Source: a virus. Taken from it: a DNA stretch of 48,298 bases. This document shows positions 16,193 through 25,629 of the stretch, piece by piece. The stretch's first letter is position 1. Every line of letters starts with the position of its first letter. Location: IMG/VR virus record IMGVR_UViG_3300037297_000228. The stretch is one strand, 5' to 3'. The notes below the pieces were generated by a model. That model had not been told where the DNA came from, did not search any database, and saw only the letters and a list, made by a program, of their open reading frames with translations. The translations under genes and the position numbers were made by a program.

Positions 16193-17002
16193 ATGATATT
16201 GCCTGTATACATATTGATTCGCACAAGCGGGAGACCGTTATTTTTCAAGCGAATGATGGAGACAATTAAAAATCAAACTTATAAAAATATTGTTACCATC
16301 GTTCATAGTGACGACCCCCGTGATGATTATGTTGCAGGCGATATCATTATCAGAGGCACCGCTTATGGCCCCGAATATGGAAACGGTACCTATAATTTAT
16401 ATAATAACAGATTATTAAAAGCAATCCCTGGTACTGGATGGTTTCATTTTATAGATGATGACGATGAATATGCAAGCGAAGATGTAATTGAAAGGCTTGT
16501 CGAAAATTCTAAAAAAGATTTTATAAACGTTGGTAGAGTTCAAAGATGGAATAAAACAATTTTCCCCAAAAAATGGGGAGAACAAAAAAGTTATCAGACC
16601 GAATGTTTCTTTTTGCATACTGACTATAGATTTAAGGCCAAATGGTGGGGACATAAAAATGGAGATCATAATTATAGTAAACAGCTCACAAAAATTTTGC
16701 CGATAAATTGGATTGATAATTTAATGATCTGCAAGGCCCAGGAAGGAAAAGGTCATGGACGTAAAATTGATAAAGGCGGGATAAAAAGTAAAAGGAAAAG
16801 TTTTCCTCCTGAAAGCAAAATTCCTGTTTTGGGTTTGACAAGGATTATGAAAGGACAAAAAAAAAATTGGATAAAACAAGGCGAATTAAAATATATGCAA
16901 TATGATCTTGCTGAAAAACTGGAAAAAGAAGGAAAAGTGAAAATAACAAACTGGGCAAATTTTAAAGAGAAAAAACCAGTTAAAAATATTTTTAATTTAT
17001 GA
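16193..17002 (+). CDS. GT-A fold glycosyltransferase (family-2-like), inserted in the tail operon
   Basis: N-terminal LIRTSGRPLFFKRMMETIKNQTYKNIVTIVHSDD and the DxD-type FHFIDDDDEY motif. The gene contains an A10 run at 16857..16866. Confidence 0.7.
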   Translation: MILPVYILIRTSGRPLFFKRMMETIKNQTYKNIVTIVHSDDPRDDYVAGDIIIRGTAYGPEYGNGTYNLYNNRLLKAIPGTGWFHFIDDDDEYASEDVIERLVENSKKDFINVGRVQRWNKTIFPKKWGEQKSYQTECFFLHTDYRFKAKWWGHKNGDHNYSKQLTKILPINWIDNLMICKAQEGKGHGRKIDKGGIKSKRKSFPPESKIPVLGLTRIMKGQKKNWIKQGELKYMQYDLAEKLEKEGKVKITNWANFKEKKPVKNIFNL

Positions 17003-17015
17003 AAAGGATAAAAAA

Positions 17016-17183
17016 ATGATAACAATAATTATATTTTTTATCATTGCTGCTATAAGTTTATTTGTAACAAGGTTGGTAGATTTATATTTACCAATTATAC
17101 AAATTATTCCCCCTGCAATTTTTGGTTTTAGCGTGGGAATAATATTTTTAAAAATATTACAAATTTTTATAAAAGGATTATAA
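17016..17183 (+). CDS. Small two-TM membrane protein, 55 aa
   Basis: MITIIIFFIIAAISLFVTRLVDLYLPIIQIIPPAIFGFSVGIIFLKILQIFIKGL. It fills the gap between the glycosyltransferase gene and the chaperone gene exactly. Below the ORF-track cutoff. Confidence 0.5.
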   Translation: MITIIIFFIIAAISLFVTRLVDLYLPIIQIIPPAIFGFSVGIIFLKILQIFIKGL

Positions 17184-17184
17184 A

Positions 17185-17604
17185 ATGTTTGATAAAGAAA
17201 AATACAAAGTATCTTCTCAAAATGCACGGATTCAATTAGAAAAAATGTTCGATTATTATGAAATTGATATTGATGAGATTGAAGATAAGGAATTAAAAAG
17301 AGCGATTAAAGGTGGATATGAAAGATTAGTTAAGGCTATCAGACTCGGACGGCTTGAAATAAATCTGGAAGATGGAATAAAAATAATACAGACAACTAGA
17401 AATTCCGGCACAAAAATAACTTATAGAGAAATCGATGGAGTTGCAAAATCTGCAATGGCCGGAAAAGAAGAAAAAGATTATTATGGAAAATCTTACGCCC
17501 TTATGGGTTCTCTATGCGATTTGGGAGAAGCTGCAATAAAAAAATTAAAGGGAGTAGATTTATCTCTGGTAGAAGTTCTTGGTATGATTTTCCTGTCAGT
17601 GTAG
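17185..17604 (+). CDS. Tail assembly chaperone (gpG analogue)
   Basis: 139-aa acidic ORF directly upstream of the tape measure gene. It contains the slippery heptamer and overlaps a -1 frame ORF. Confidence 0.75.
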   Translation: MFDKEKYKVSSQNARIQLEKMFDYYEIDIDEIEDKELKRAIKGGYERLVKAIRLGRLEINLEDGIKIIQTTRNSGTKITYREIDGVAKSAMAGKEEKDYYGKSYALMGSLCDLGEAAIKKLKGVDLSLVEVLGMIFLSV

Positions 17605-17765
17605 GCAAGATGTGGCAATGGATGGGAAATTTGTTTTATAGGAGACAACAAATTTCTGAAATCAAAAAGCTGCGTTTTGCCGAGATGAAAGAATGGAACA
17701 AATGGCACGAAATAATGGCAAAACAAGAGAAAAAAATAATAGAAGGTAATAAAAAAAATGCCTGA
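17185..17765 (+). CDS. Tail assembly chaperone frameshift fusion product (gpGT analogue)
   Basis: Join of 17185..17544 with the -1 frame through to the stop at 17763..17765. The end overlaps the tape-measure start (17758). Confidence 0.6.
17538..17544 (+). promoter_or_regulatory. Programmed -1 ribosomal frameshift slippery site, A AAA AAA
   Basis: In the zero frame the sequence is ATA AAA AAA TTA. Shifting -1 continues into ORF 17514..17765 (KKIKGSRFISGRS...). Confidence 0.7.
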
Positions 17766-19443
17766 ATTTGCAGTAGGTACAGCGTTTAAGGGTAGTGACA
17801 GTTTAAGCCCTGTTTTTCGCAAAATGACAGTTGGTGTTGATAAATTCGGAAGAGCTGGATTAAATGCTTTCGCAAGAATGCGCCGAGGTGCTTCAAGATT
17901 ATTAGGTCCATTGCGTGGATTAATGCCGGCCTTTAGTGTTGCAGGAGTTGTGCGTTTTGGAAAAGCTTCAATTGATGCTTTTAATAAACAACAAGCTGCT
18001 GTCGCGAATGTAGAAGCTGGATTAAAATCTACTAATAATGCGATCGGAATAACATCTAAAGACTTTCAAAAAATGGCTGCTGATACTCAAAAAGTAGGAA
18101 TTTTTGGAGATGAAACAATATTGCAAAACGCAACTGCTCAATTATTAACTTTTGGAAATATAGGAAAACAAAATTTTGATAGAGTGCAAAAAGCTGCTCT
18201 TGATGTTACTGCAAAATTATATGGAGTTAAGGCAACGGGTGAACAGGTCAGGACAACCTCTATTATGATGGGAAAAGCAATGGACGATCCTATCCGTGGA
18301 ATGGGAGCAATGCGCCGTGTGGGAATTTCTTTTTCAAAAGCTGAAGAAATGCAAATCAAATCTATGGTAAGAGCCAATAACATGTTAGGAGCTCAAAATG
18401 CAATGTTAAAATTAATAGAGCGTCAATATGGAGGCACAAACGCAGAACTTGCTAAAACAAATGAGGGAATGGAAATAGTAACTAAAAATAAAATGGGCGA
18501 TACTATGGAATTAATAGGCAAACAAATTGCACCTTTAAAAATGGCGTTTTTAGATTTCGCAGTTTGGATTTTGCCAAAAATAAATACTGCGTTGCCTATT
18601 TTTATCGGATTTTTAAAGAAGATCGGTCCTTATGTTTTGGCTTTAACAGGATTTTTTGCCCTCTATAAAATTCAATTAATGGCAGTTGCAGCAAAACAGG
18701 CAATTTTGCAGGGTTCCGGATTTATCGGATTTATTATGAAAATCGGGAAAGCTATAAAAGGATTAACAATTGTACAATGGCTATATAATGCGGCAGTTTC
18801 CGCAAATCCTGCTGTTTTTATCGTTTTAAAAATTATTGCTGTGGTAGGTATTCTTATCGGATTAGGATATTTAATCTACAAAAACTGGAACAAAATTAAA
18901 AAAGTATTTTTAAAATTTATTTCAGTATTTAAAAAATTTAAAATTGTAAAATTATATATAGGATTTTTAGCTACAATTCCAAAAATTATTGGTGCAGCAT
19001 GGACATGGCTAACAGGAAAAATTTCTGAATTTGCGTCGGCTATTGCTAATTTTTTCATAAATGCTAAAAATAAATTAGTAGCTTTTTCCGAAATGGCTTG
19101 GCAGGCTTTTAAAAAAGTAGGTCGTGTAATATCTACAGTTCTTTTGTTTCAAATTAATCTTTTAATTACAGGAATTACAAAATTGTTTACTCTTGCTTCA
19201 AAATTACCCGGTGTAGGATCAAAATTTAAAGCTGCTGCCGAAAAATTAGCAGGATTACAGGCGTCTATGAACGAGGCAGTTGGAGCAACAAATGTATTCG
19301 CACCAAACCAGGCAGAAACAGAATCCAGGAAAATTCAGTTTGAGGGAAACATAAATATAGGCAATGCACCTAAAGGCACAACAGTAAATAGCAAAACCAG
19401 GGGAGCCAATAATATAGATATGAACCTGGTAGGGCAGCAATGA
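17758..19443 (+). CDS. Tail tape measure protein
   Basis: 561 aa, Ala/Gly/Lys-rich and helical, with a central hydrophobic block. It lies downstream of the G/GT pair. Confidence 0.85.
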   Translation: MPEFAVGTAFKGSDSLSPVFRKMTVGVDKFGRAGLNAFARMRRGASRLLGPLRGLMPAFSVAGVVRFGKASIDAFNKQQAAVANVEAGLKSTNNAIGITSKDFQKMAADTQKVGIFGDETILQNATAQLLTFGNIGKQNFDRVQKAALDVTAKLYGVKATGEQVRTTSIMMGKAMDDPIRGMGAMRRVGISFSKAEEMQIKSMVRANNMLGAQNAMLKLIERQYGGTNAELAKTNEGMEIVTKNKMGDTMELIGKQIAPLKMAFLDFAVWILPKINTALPIFIGFLKKIGPYVLALTGFFALYKIQLMAVAAKQAILQGSGFIGFIMKIGKAIKGLTIVQWLYNAAVSANPAVFIVLKIIAVVGILIGLGYLIYKNWNKIKKVFLKFISVFKKFKIVKLYIGFLATIPKIIGAAWTWLTGKISEFASAIANFFINAKNKLVAFSEMAWQAFKKVGRVISTVLLFQINLLITGITKLFTLASKLPGVGSKFKAAAEKLAGLQASMNEAVGATNVFAPNQAETESRKIQFEGNINIGNAPKGTTVNSKTRGANNIDMNLVGQQ

Positions 19444-20708
19444 GCTGGGAAAGTGAATTAAGAGAAGAAATAAAATTAACCAGTCCTTCCGGGAGTGTAT
19501 TTTATGCATTATGGAGAGAAAATGAAAGATCAAAGGACAAAAAATTAGGTTTATTTGACCCTCCGAAATTTCAGGGAACTTTTGCTCAGGATTTAGGAAT
19601 AAAATCTACAACATATCCGTTAAATATATTTTTTGATGGGATTTTCCATAATAGGGAAGCAGAGGATTTTTACAACGCTTGTGATGAAGAAGGACAATGG
19701 GAGGTAATACATCCCACGAAAGGCCCGTTAATTTTACAATTGATTTCTGTTACTGAAGTTATTAGCCCGGTAGAAAATGGAAATTATACAGAATTTGCAA
19801 CAAATTGGTTGGAGCCTGCAAATATAGAAAGATTAATAAGTCCGGAAGAGTTAGCAACTTCTATTTTATCGCAAATTATAAATGGATTTGGTGATGCGTT
19901 GTTGGTTTTACAGCAGATCAGAACTGACGCATATAGTTTAATTCAGTCCGTAGCGAACATGATAAATAAAATAGCAGGGTCAAATGATATATTTTTACAG
20001 GAGCTTTCCGCTACATCTGCACTTGTAACTGACGCATATGATACAGCAAAAGCAGCGTACAATAATGCAATCGCAAATTTCGGAATTGACAATCCAGATA
20101 CAAATGATGTCGGCAATAGTATTATCGATATGAATATAGCTCCGGTTGCAGTTAGTACAGATTTTGTTACAAGATTTACAAAATATAAGGAAATGCTGGA
20201 AGATATTGAAACATTTACTCCTGTTGATGCATCAGAAGATAATAAAAATAAATTATATGCTCAGGAATTCGGGATTACAGTTCCGCTTATAGTAATCGCT
20301 CAAATAGTTATCACTTCAGAATTTGCCAGCCGTGTCGAAGTAATATCTGCAATCAATAATTTAATTACTCTTTTCGATAAGACAATGATGTCTATAGAAG
20401 AAAGCCAAACTTTATATTCAACACTTGATATAGATTTCCAATATTTTTCACAAACAAAGACATATACATCTCTTGTAAATATATATTCCTTAGTTATTAG
20501 GTATTTATTATCTCAATTTTTTAATTTAGCTTCAGAAAAAATATTCACTTTAAAAAAGGCACGATCTCCGATTGAAATCACAGTAACAGAATATGGAAGT
20601 CTGGGAGAAAATGACGAAAATTATGATTTATTTTTAAAGTCTAATAATTTATCCGGAAATGATATTTTAATTCTTCCGGCTGGCAGAGAGGTATTAATCT
20701 ATGCCTGA
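19440..20708 (+). CDS. Mu gp43 (DNA circulation protein N)-like baseplate/tail protein
   Basis: The N-terminal pattern SPSGSVF...FQGTFAQDLGIKSTTYPLNIFFDG resembles the DNA-circulation N-terminal family. Its position after the tape measure gene fits. Confidence 0.65.
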   Translation: MSWESELREEIKLTSPSGSVFYALWRENERSKDKKLGLFDPPKFQGTFAQDLGIKSTTYPLNIFFDGIFHNREAEDFYNACDEEGQWEVIHPTKGPLILQLISVTEVISPVENGNYTEFATNWLEPANIERLISPEELATSILSQIINGFGDALLVLQQIRTDAYSLIQSVANMINKIAGSNDIFLQELSATSALVTDAYDTAKAAYNNAIANFGIDNPDTNDVGNSIIDMNIAPVAVSTDFVTRFTKYKEMLEDIETFTPVDASEDNKNKLYAQEFGITVPLIVIAQIVITSEFASRVEVISAINNLITLFDKTMMSIEESQTLYSTLDIDFQYFSQTKTYTSLVNIYSLVIRYLLSQFFNLASEKIFTLKKARSPIEITVTEYGSLGENDENYDLFLKSNNLSGNDILILPAGREVLIYA

Positions 20709-21930
20709 ACCAAAATGGACATTATATATAAATGGAAAAGAAATAATAATTAACAGCGCAAAATTTTTGAAAACTATGGACACAGGGGCAGATGCTTTAA
20801 ATGTTAATACCCCGTGGGAGCCAGGCAAAGATACAGAAATTGATGAGGCATTACGTGCCTATGGATACCAGGATACAGAATTATATATTGATGATGAATT
20901 ACAGATGATGGGAAGATTATATAATGTATCTCCAAAATTTTCAAAGTCTGGGATTTCTAAAGATCTTGAAATTTTCAGCAAAACAGCTGATATAATTGAT
21001 TCGACAGTTGTATATCCATATGAAGCAAATAACATTGGTCTTCTTGCACGATGTAAACAACAATGTGAAAAATTCGGAATAAATGTATTAATTGATGCAG
21101 GAGTTGAACTTTATAAATGGCAATCTGTACCGGTAGAAAGATATGTCCGTGTTAAAGAAAAAGAATTAAGTTTTGATGCAGATAAAACATTTTTAAATTC
21201 TTTGCAAAAAACAGCCTTTGATGAATCACAAAAAGTAATCAAAAAATATAATGCAGATGTAGAAGTTTTTGAGGCAGTGCAGGGGAGAAAAATGGTTTAT
21301 CAGGAGATTAAATTTCCAAGAGTTTCTGCGAAGCAAACTGATAAAATTTTTGATCATTTAAAAAAATTAGCAATTCAGAGAGGTTATCTTCTTTCCTGTA
21401 CAATTAGGGGAGATTTATTAATTACAAAAGCACAAACTAATAGTCAACCTGTTGGAACAATTAGAGTTGAGACAGGTATAAGCGATCAATATTTAGCAAA
21501 ATTTAACGGTCGAAATAGATTTAAATTTTATAAAGCAATTGCCTCATCTTCCAGGTCTAATAGGGCAAGAAAATCTGGAACTGCTACAGACAACGCGGTA
21601 CCGATAAATAGATTTTTAACTTTTTCGGCAGGTGATAGTATTCCAGGTCAGGCGAAAAATGCGGCCGAATGGAGAAAAAATAAAGTTGCTGCAGATTCGA
21701 TGCCTTTAAGTTTTCCAGTTAATACAATTTTTGATGAAAACGGGAAAATTTGGAAACCGAATACAACAATAACCGTTATTTCCCCGGAATTGGAAATAAA
21801 AAATGGCTTTACATTTTTGATAAATCAAGTAGAACTTGATTATGTCGCATCTGGATCAACAGGCGTTTTGAAATTGAAACCGCCATCTGTATATACAACA
21901 GGAGAGATAAAAGAACCGTGGCTGGAATAG
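20701..21930 (+). CDS. Baseplate hub protein (Mu gp44 / P2 gpD-like)
   Basis: 409 aa, at the synteny position between the gp43-like and spike genes. The gene ends in TAG. Confidence 0.6.
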   Translation: MPEPKWTLYINGKEIIINSAKFLKTMDTGADALNVNTPWEPGKDTEIDEALRAYGYQDTELYIDDELQMMGRLYNVSPKFSKSGISKDLEIFSKTADIIDSTVVYPYEANNIGLLARCKQQCEKFGINVLIDAGVELYKWQSVPVERYVRVKEKELSFDADKTFLNSLQKTAFDESQKVIKKYNADVEVFEAVQGRKMVYQEIKFPRVSAKQTDKIFDHLKKLAIQRGYLLSCTIRGDLLITKAQTNSQPVGTIRVETGISDQYLAKFNGRNRFKFYKAIASSSRSNRARKSGTATDNAVPINRFLTFSAGDSIPGQAKNAAEWRKNKVAADSMPLSFPVNTIFDENGKIWKPNTTITVISPELEIKNGFTFLINQVELDYVASGSTGVLKLKPPSVYTTGEIKEPWLE

Positions 21931-22415
21931 GAATTATAAAAGGGCATTCAATCGCAAAAAATAAAGATGGCGATAAAAATAGAATTTTATTGCAGGTCGA
22001 AATGTTAGAGGATGATATAAGAACAGTTGAATTAATGCCAGGATCCGGGGAGGATTATAATCCTGCAATCGGGAGTCGTGTATTTGTAGCAGATGCAGAA
22101 GAAAGTTCGCAAATTGGGATTGAAACAACGGATAATTTAGAACCGGAAACAGATCCAGGGGAGAAAGAAATATATAGTACAGACAATCCGGTTACAACAA
22201 AATTAGCAAGATTAAAATTGAATAGTGCAGGAGAAATTGAATTAAATGGGAATGCTGATAATGCGGTTAGATGGTCAGAATTAAATACAGCGTTACAGAC
22301 TCTTGTAACTGCTATAAATGCAGCCTTAGCAACAAAAGATGATGGATCAGGATCAGCTGGGACTCTGACCTTAGATTTAAGTTTAGCAAAAATTGATGAG
22401 GTAAAAACTTCATGA
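21918..22415 (+). CDS. Baseplate central spike/plug (Mu gp45 / P2 gpV-like)
   Basis: 165 aa. Assignment rests on an N-terminal OB-like segment and on synteny. Confidence 0.55.
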   Translation: MAGIGIIKGHSIAKNKDGDKNRILLQVEMLEDDIRTVELMPGSGEDYNPAIGSRVFVADAEESSQIGIETTDNLEPETDPGEKEIYSTDNPVTTKLARLKLNSAGEIELNGNADNAVRWSELNTALQTLVTAINAALATKDDGSGSAGTLTLDLSLAKIDEVKTS

Positions 22416-22864
22416 TAAGAAAAAATAGATTTCAAGGGGATCCGGCTGTTAAATTGACAGAAAATGGAGCGTCTATGACGTTCAAGGGAGGTCAGCCTAT
22501 CATGGATCAAGGAGTGCACAATTCTGTTTTGATATCTCTTTTTACAAAACCAGGCTGGTGGGGAAATTCTTTAATGAGAAAAGAAAGTCAAAAAATTGGT
22601 TCTAATTTTGAAAGACAACGGACTATAATTGATATAAAAACTATTAATGAAACTACAGACGATGCAACGCTCGCTTTAAAATGGATGAAAGACACAAATC
22701 TTGCGAGTAAAATTGATATAACAGTAACAAATCCAAATTTAAATAATTTAAAAACTAAAATTTTAATTACGCCACCTTCAGGAACAGCAGCAGAATTTTT
22801 GTTACAAAAAAATGGGATTCGTTGGATTATGCAGGCACTTAATCCGGCAAGTGAGAGGTTATAA
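22412..22864 (+). CDS. Baseplate wedge protein (Mu gp46 / gpW / gp25-like)
   Basis: 150 aa with a 4-nt overlap upstream, directly preceding the J-like gene. Confidence 0.6.
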   Translation: MIRKNRFQGDPAVKLTENGASMTFKGGQPIMDQGVHNSVLISLFTKPGWWGNSLMRKESQKIGSNFERQRTIIDIKTINETTDDATLALKWMKDTNLASKIDITVTNPNLNNLKTKILITPPSGTAAEFLLQKNGIRWIMQALNPASERL

Positions 22865-24031
22865 ATGGCATATCCAATTCCTACGACAGATCAATTATAT
22901 CAGGCACATTTATCAAGGCTTGAAGGAAATATTGGTCAGGATGCTCCTGATAATGAAAAATCGTTCTTAAAAGTTCTTGCGATGTCTGAAGCAGGTCAGG
23001 ATTCAGGATTATATAAATTTGCAGCTGATGCAGTTTTGCAAAATTTGGCAATTACGGCAACGAACGAAGGTCTGGATGTTATAGGAGACAATGAATCAAC
23101 TCCTCGAAAACAAGCCGTTGTTGCAGTTCTGGAAGCTGAAATAAGTGCTACAACAGGCATAACGATCCCAGCACAAACAGAATTTACAAGTGATTCAAGT
23201 GGAATCAGATATAAAACAGAAGCAGATGTTGTTTCAGTTGCAGGCGTTGCGACTTTATCTTTGCGTTGTGTAGAATCAGGAACAGACGGAAATCTTGATA
23301 ATGGAGAGGAGCTTTTTATTTCTGCTCAAATATCCGGTGTTGATACAGTTGCAACTGTTACCGATACTCTCACGCTTGGTGTAGATAAAGAAACAGATGC
23401 AGATTATAGACCACGGGTAATTTTTGCACAACGGGCAGTTACCGGAGGAGCCAATCCGACTGATCATAAAATTTGGGCAGAAGCAGTTACCGGATGCAGG
23501 AGAGCTTTTGCATATTCTGGTCGTCCAACCGGAACAAGTTATCCGGGGGATAGAACTATATATGTAGAAGCGACAACAACAATTGATGCTGACGGGATTG
23601 CGCCTACTTCGTTGCTGGATAATGTTAGGGATGCAATTAATACAGATCAGATTACGGGGGAAAGCAGATCCGTATTAGGTCTTACGGATGCAACTCTCTG
23701 GGTGGAACCAATTATTAGAACTTCAGTTTTTCTGGATATTAATAATTTAACGGTTTCTGCTGCCCAAGAATCAGCTTGCAAGGCTGATATTGAAGACGCT
23801 ATGGATTTATATTTAAGAAATATTGTTCCATATGTGGATGGGGTTGATATTCCGCAAGAAAGGAACGATTCAATAACAAATGTTTCAATCTCAGAAGTTC
23901 TTCAAGATGTTTTAAAATCTTATGGAGCGACTGCACAAACCGTGACTTTTGGGCTTGTTGTTGGGGTAGCAATACCGTTATATACGGCCCTTCAGGGAGA
24001 ATTGTTTAAATTAGGAGGAATTACCTATTAA
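22865..24031 (+). CDS. Baseplate J-like protein (Mu gp47)
   Basis: 388 aa. Size and order are typical of Baseplate_J proteins. Confidence 0.7.
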   Translation: MAYPIPTTDQLYQAHLSRLEGNIGQDAPDNEKSFLKVLAMSEAGQDSGLYKFAADAVLQNLAITATNEGLDVIGDNESTPRKQAVVAVLEAEISATTGITIPAQTEFTSDSSGIRYKTEADVVSVAGVATLSLRCVESGTDGNLDNGEELFISAQISGVDTVATVTDTLTLGVDKETDADYRPRVIFAQRAVTGGANPTDHKIWAEAVTGCRRAFAYSGRPTGTSYPGDRTIYVEATTTIDADGIAPTSLLDNVRDAINTDQITGESRSVLGLTDATLWVEPIIRTSVFLDINNLTVSAAQESACKADIEDAMDLYLRNIVPYVDGVDIPQERNDSITNVSISEVLQDVLKSYGATAQTVTFGLVVGVAIPLYTALQGELFKLGGITY

Positions 24032-24834
24032 TGCTTAGTAGAGATGTTTTAAATGCACTTTTGCCGGAAGGGAGTTTCTGGGAACCAGCCAGCGACGATG
24101 ATTATGATTTGCTTTTTGAAGGAATTGCCGAAAATTCTGAGGTTATAAAAAATGATCTGGATAAATTAAGGAATTTACGTAATCCTTATAGAACTTCGAT
24201 TCTAAGCGATCTTGAAAAAGAGTATGCAGTAATTCCTGTATCAGGTAGTACCGAACAGGAATGTAGAGAAAGATTAGCCTCAATAATGTTCAAAAAAAAC
24301 AAATTGCCAACTTATGAAATTTTAGAACAAAAATTAAGGGAAGCAGGATTTGATGTTTATGTACATGCCAATTCTCCGGCAGTGGATCCGGCTATATTTT
24401 TAGATCAGGCATTTCAAATGACTTGTGAAGATTTATTGCCAGGCGGGAACGATCCACAATGCGGGGAATTGGAAGCGTATTGCGGAAGAGTGGGGGGAGA
24501 ATTACTGGTTAATGGAGAAATATTTAATCAGCTTCCGAATTATACAATTTTATGTGATGAATTATTAGCACAATGTGGAGAGCCAAATTCTCTAGCAGGA
24601 CAATATGATAGTATTACATTAATTCCGATTGAATATGAAATACCGGGAATTGCTGGATATTGGCCATTAATATTTTTTGTCGGAGGAGAGGCTACCCGTG
24701 ATCCTATAACAGATGAATTGACAGATATAGATATTGCTCCGATTCCTATACAAAGAAGAGCAGAATTTAGAAGGCTAATTTTGCAATATAAACCACTTTT
24801 TTCTTGGGCTGGGTTAGTTATAGTTTATGTTTAA
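24031..24834 (+). CDS. Baseplate/tail protein (Mu gp48 / P2 gpI, DUF2313-like)
   Basis: The N-terminal LLPEGSFWEP...DDDYDLLFEGIAEN matches the usual start of this family. Synteny agrees. Confidence 0.65.
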   Translation: MLSRDVLNALLPEGSFWEPASDDDYDLLFEGIAENSEVIKNDLDKLRNLRNPYRTSILSDLEKEYAVIPVSGSTEQECRERLASIMFKKNKLPTYEILEQKLREAGFDVYVHANSPAVDPAIFLDQAFQMTCEDLLPGGNDPQCGELEAYCGRVGGELLVNGEIFNQLPNYTILCDELLAQCGEPNSLAGQYDSITLIPIEYEIPGIAGYWPLIFFVGGEATRDPITDELTDIDIAPIPIQRRAEFRRLILQYKPLFSWAGLVIVYV

Positions 24835-24851
24835 TTTTTGGAGGAAATAAA

Positions 24852-25619
24852 ATGATAGATTATTTAGCGAGTTTTATTAATACAGATGGAGCAAGTTTTC
24901 CAGATACAAAAGCTGTAAATGTAACCGCGCCTGGAGCGGGAGACGGAACTGAATTTGTTGAATTATTAATAAATGATATTTGGGGCAGAGCTCAGGCCTT
25001 AATGGATTATGCAGGTCTAACCCCTGACGGAGTTACAGAAGCACCAGATACCGCACAATTTTTACAGGCTCTGGCACGGGGATACGCAATTGGTCCAGGT
25101 ATCGGTGTAACATACTGGAAAAGTGGAACTCCAATTGCAAACGGAGATAGAGTTTTATTATTGCAAGGACAAGTAATTTTAATTTCATCATATCCTCTTT
25201 TGTCAGCAGCTGTTTATTGCGGAGATGCAAACAATGCAACAGCACCAGCTTTTTACAAAACATCCGATGCAGGGGGAACAACCAGGAGTACATCAGGAAC
25301 ATATCTTGTATTGCCCGACACAAGGGGTTTATCATTAAAAAATATTGGAGATGCAACTGTAAACGGTCGTACAAAAGTGGGTCCTGTAGAACTTGGGGAA
25401 ATGCAGGAAGATCAAGGACAAGGGCATTATCATAAAGTCCGCATGAAGAATTTGGATGGAGTAAATTCTTATCCGAGAGGAGGAGATTCAAACGGAAATA
25501 CCTATTCTGGGTTAGACGCTGCATATAACATTGTAACAGATGGAACAAATGGAACACCCCGTATAGGAACAAATACAAGAGATAGTACAATCGGTACAAA
25601 TTTTGCAATAACATATTAA
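24852..25619 (+). CDS. Tail fibre / receptor-binding protein with a phage tail-collar-type domain
   Basis: SYPLLSAAVYCGD...YLVLPDTRGLSLKNIG and a C-terminal ...TRDSTIGTNFAITY resemble collar-domain fibres. ATG 24852 follows GGAGGAAATAAA, whereas the ORF-track start at 24804 lies inside the previous gene. Confidence 0.7.
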   Translation: MIDYLASFINTDGASFPDTKAVNVTAPGAGDGTEFVELLINDIWGRAQALMDYAGLTPDGVTEAPDTAQFLQALARGYAIGPGIGVTYWKSGTPIANGDRVLLLQGQVILISSYPLLSAAVYCGDANNATAPAFYKTSDAGGTTRSTSGTYLVLPDTRGLSLKNIGDATVNGRTKVGPVELGEMQEDQGQGHYHKVRMKNLDGVNSYPRGGDSNGNTYSGLDAAYNIVTDGTNGTPRIGTNTRDSTIGTNFAITY

Positions 25620-25629
25620 GGAGAAAAAA

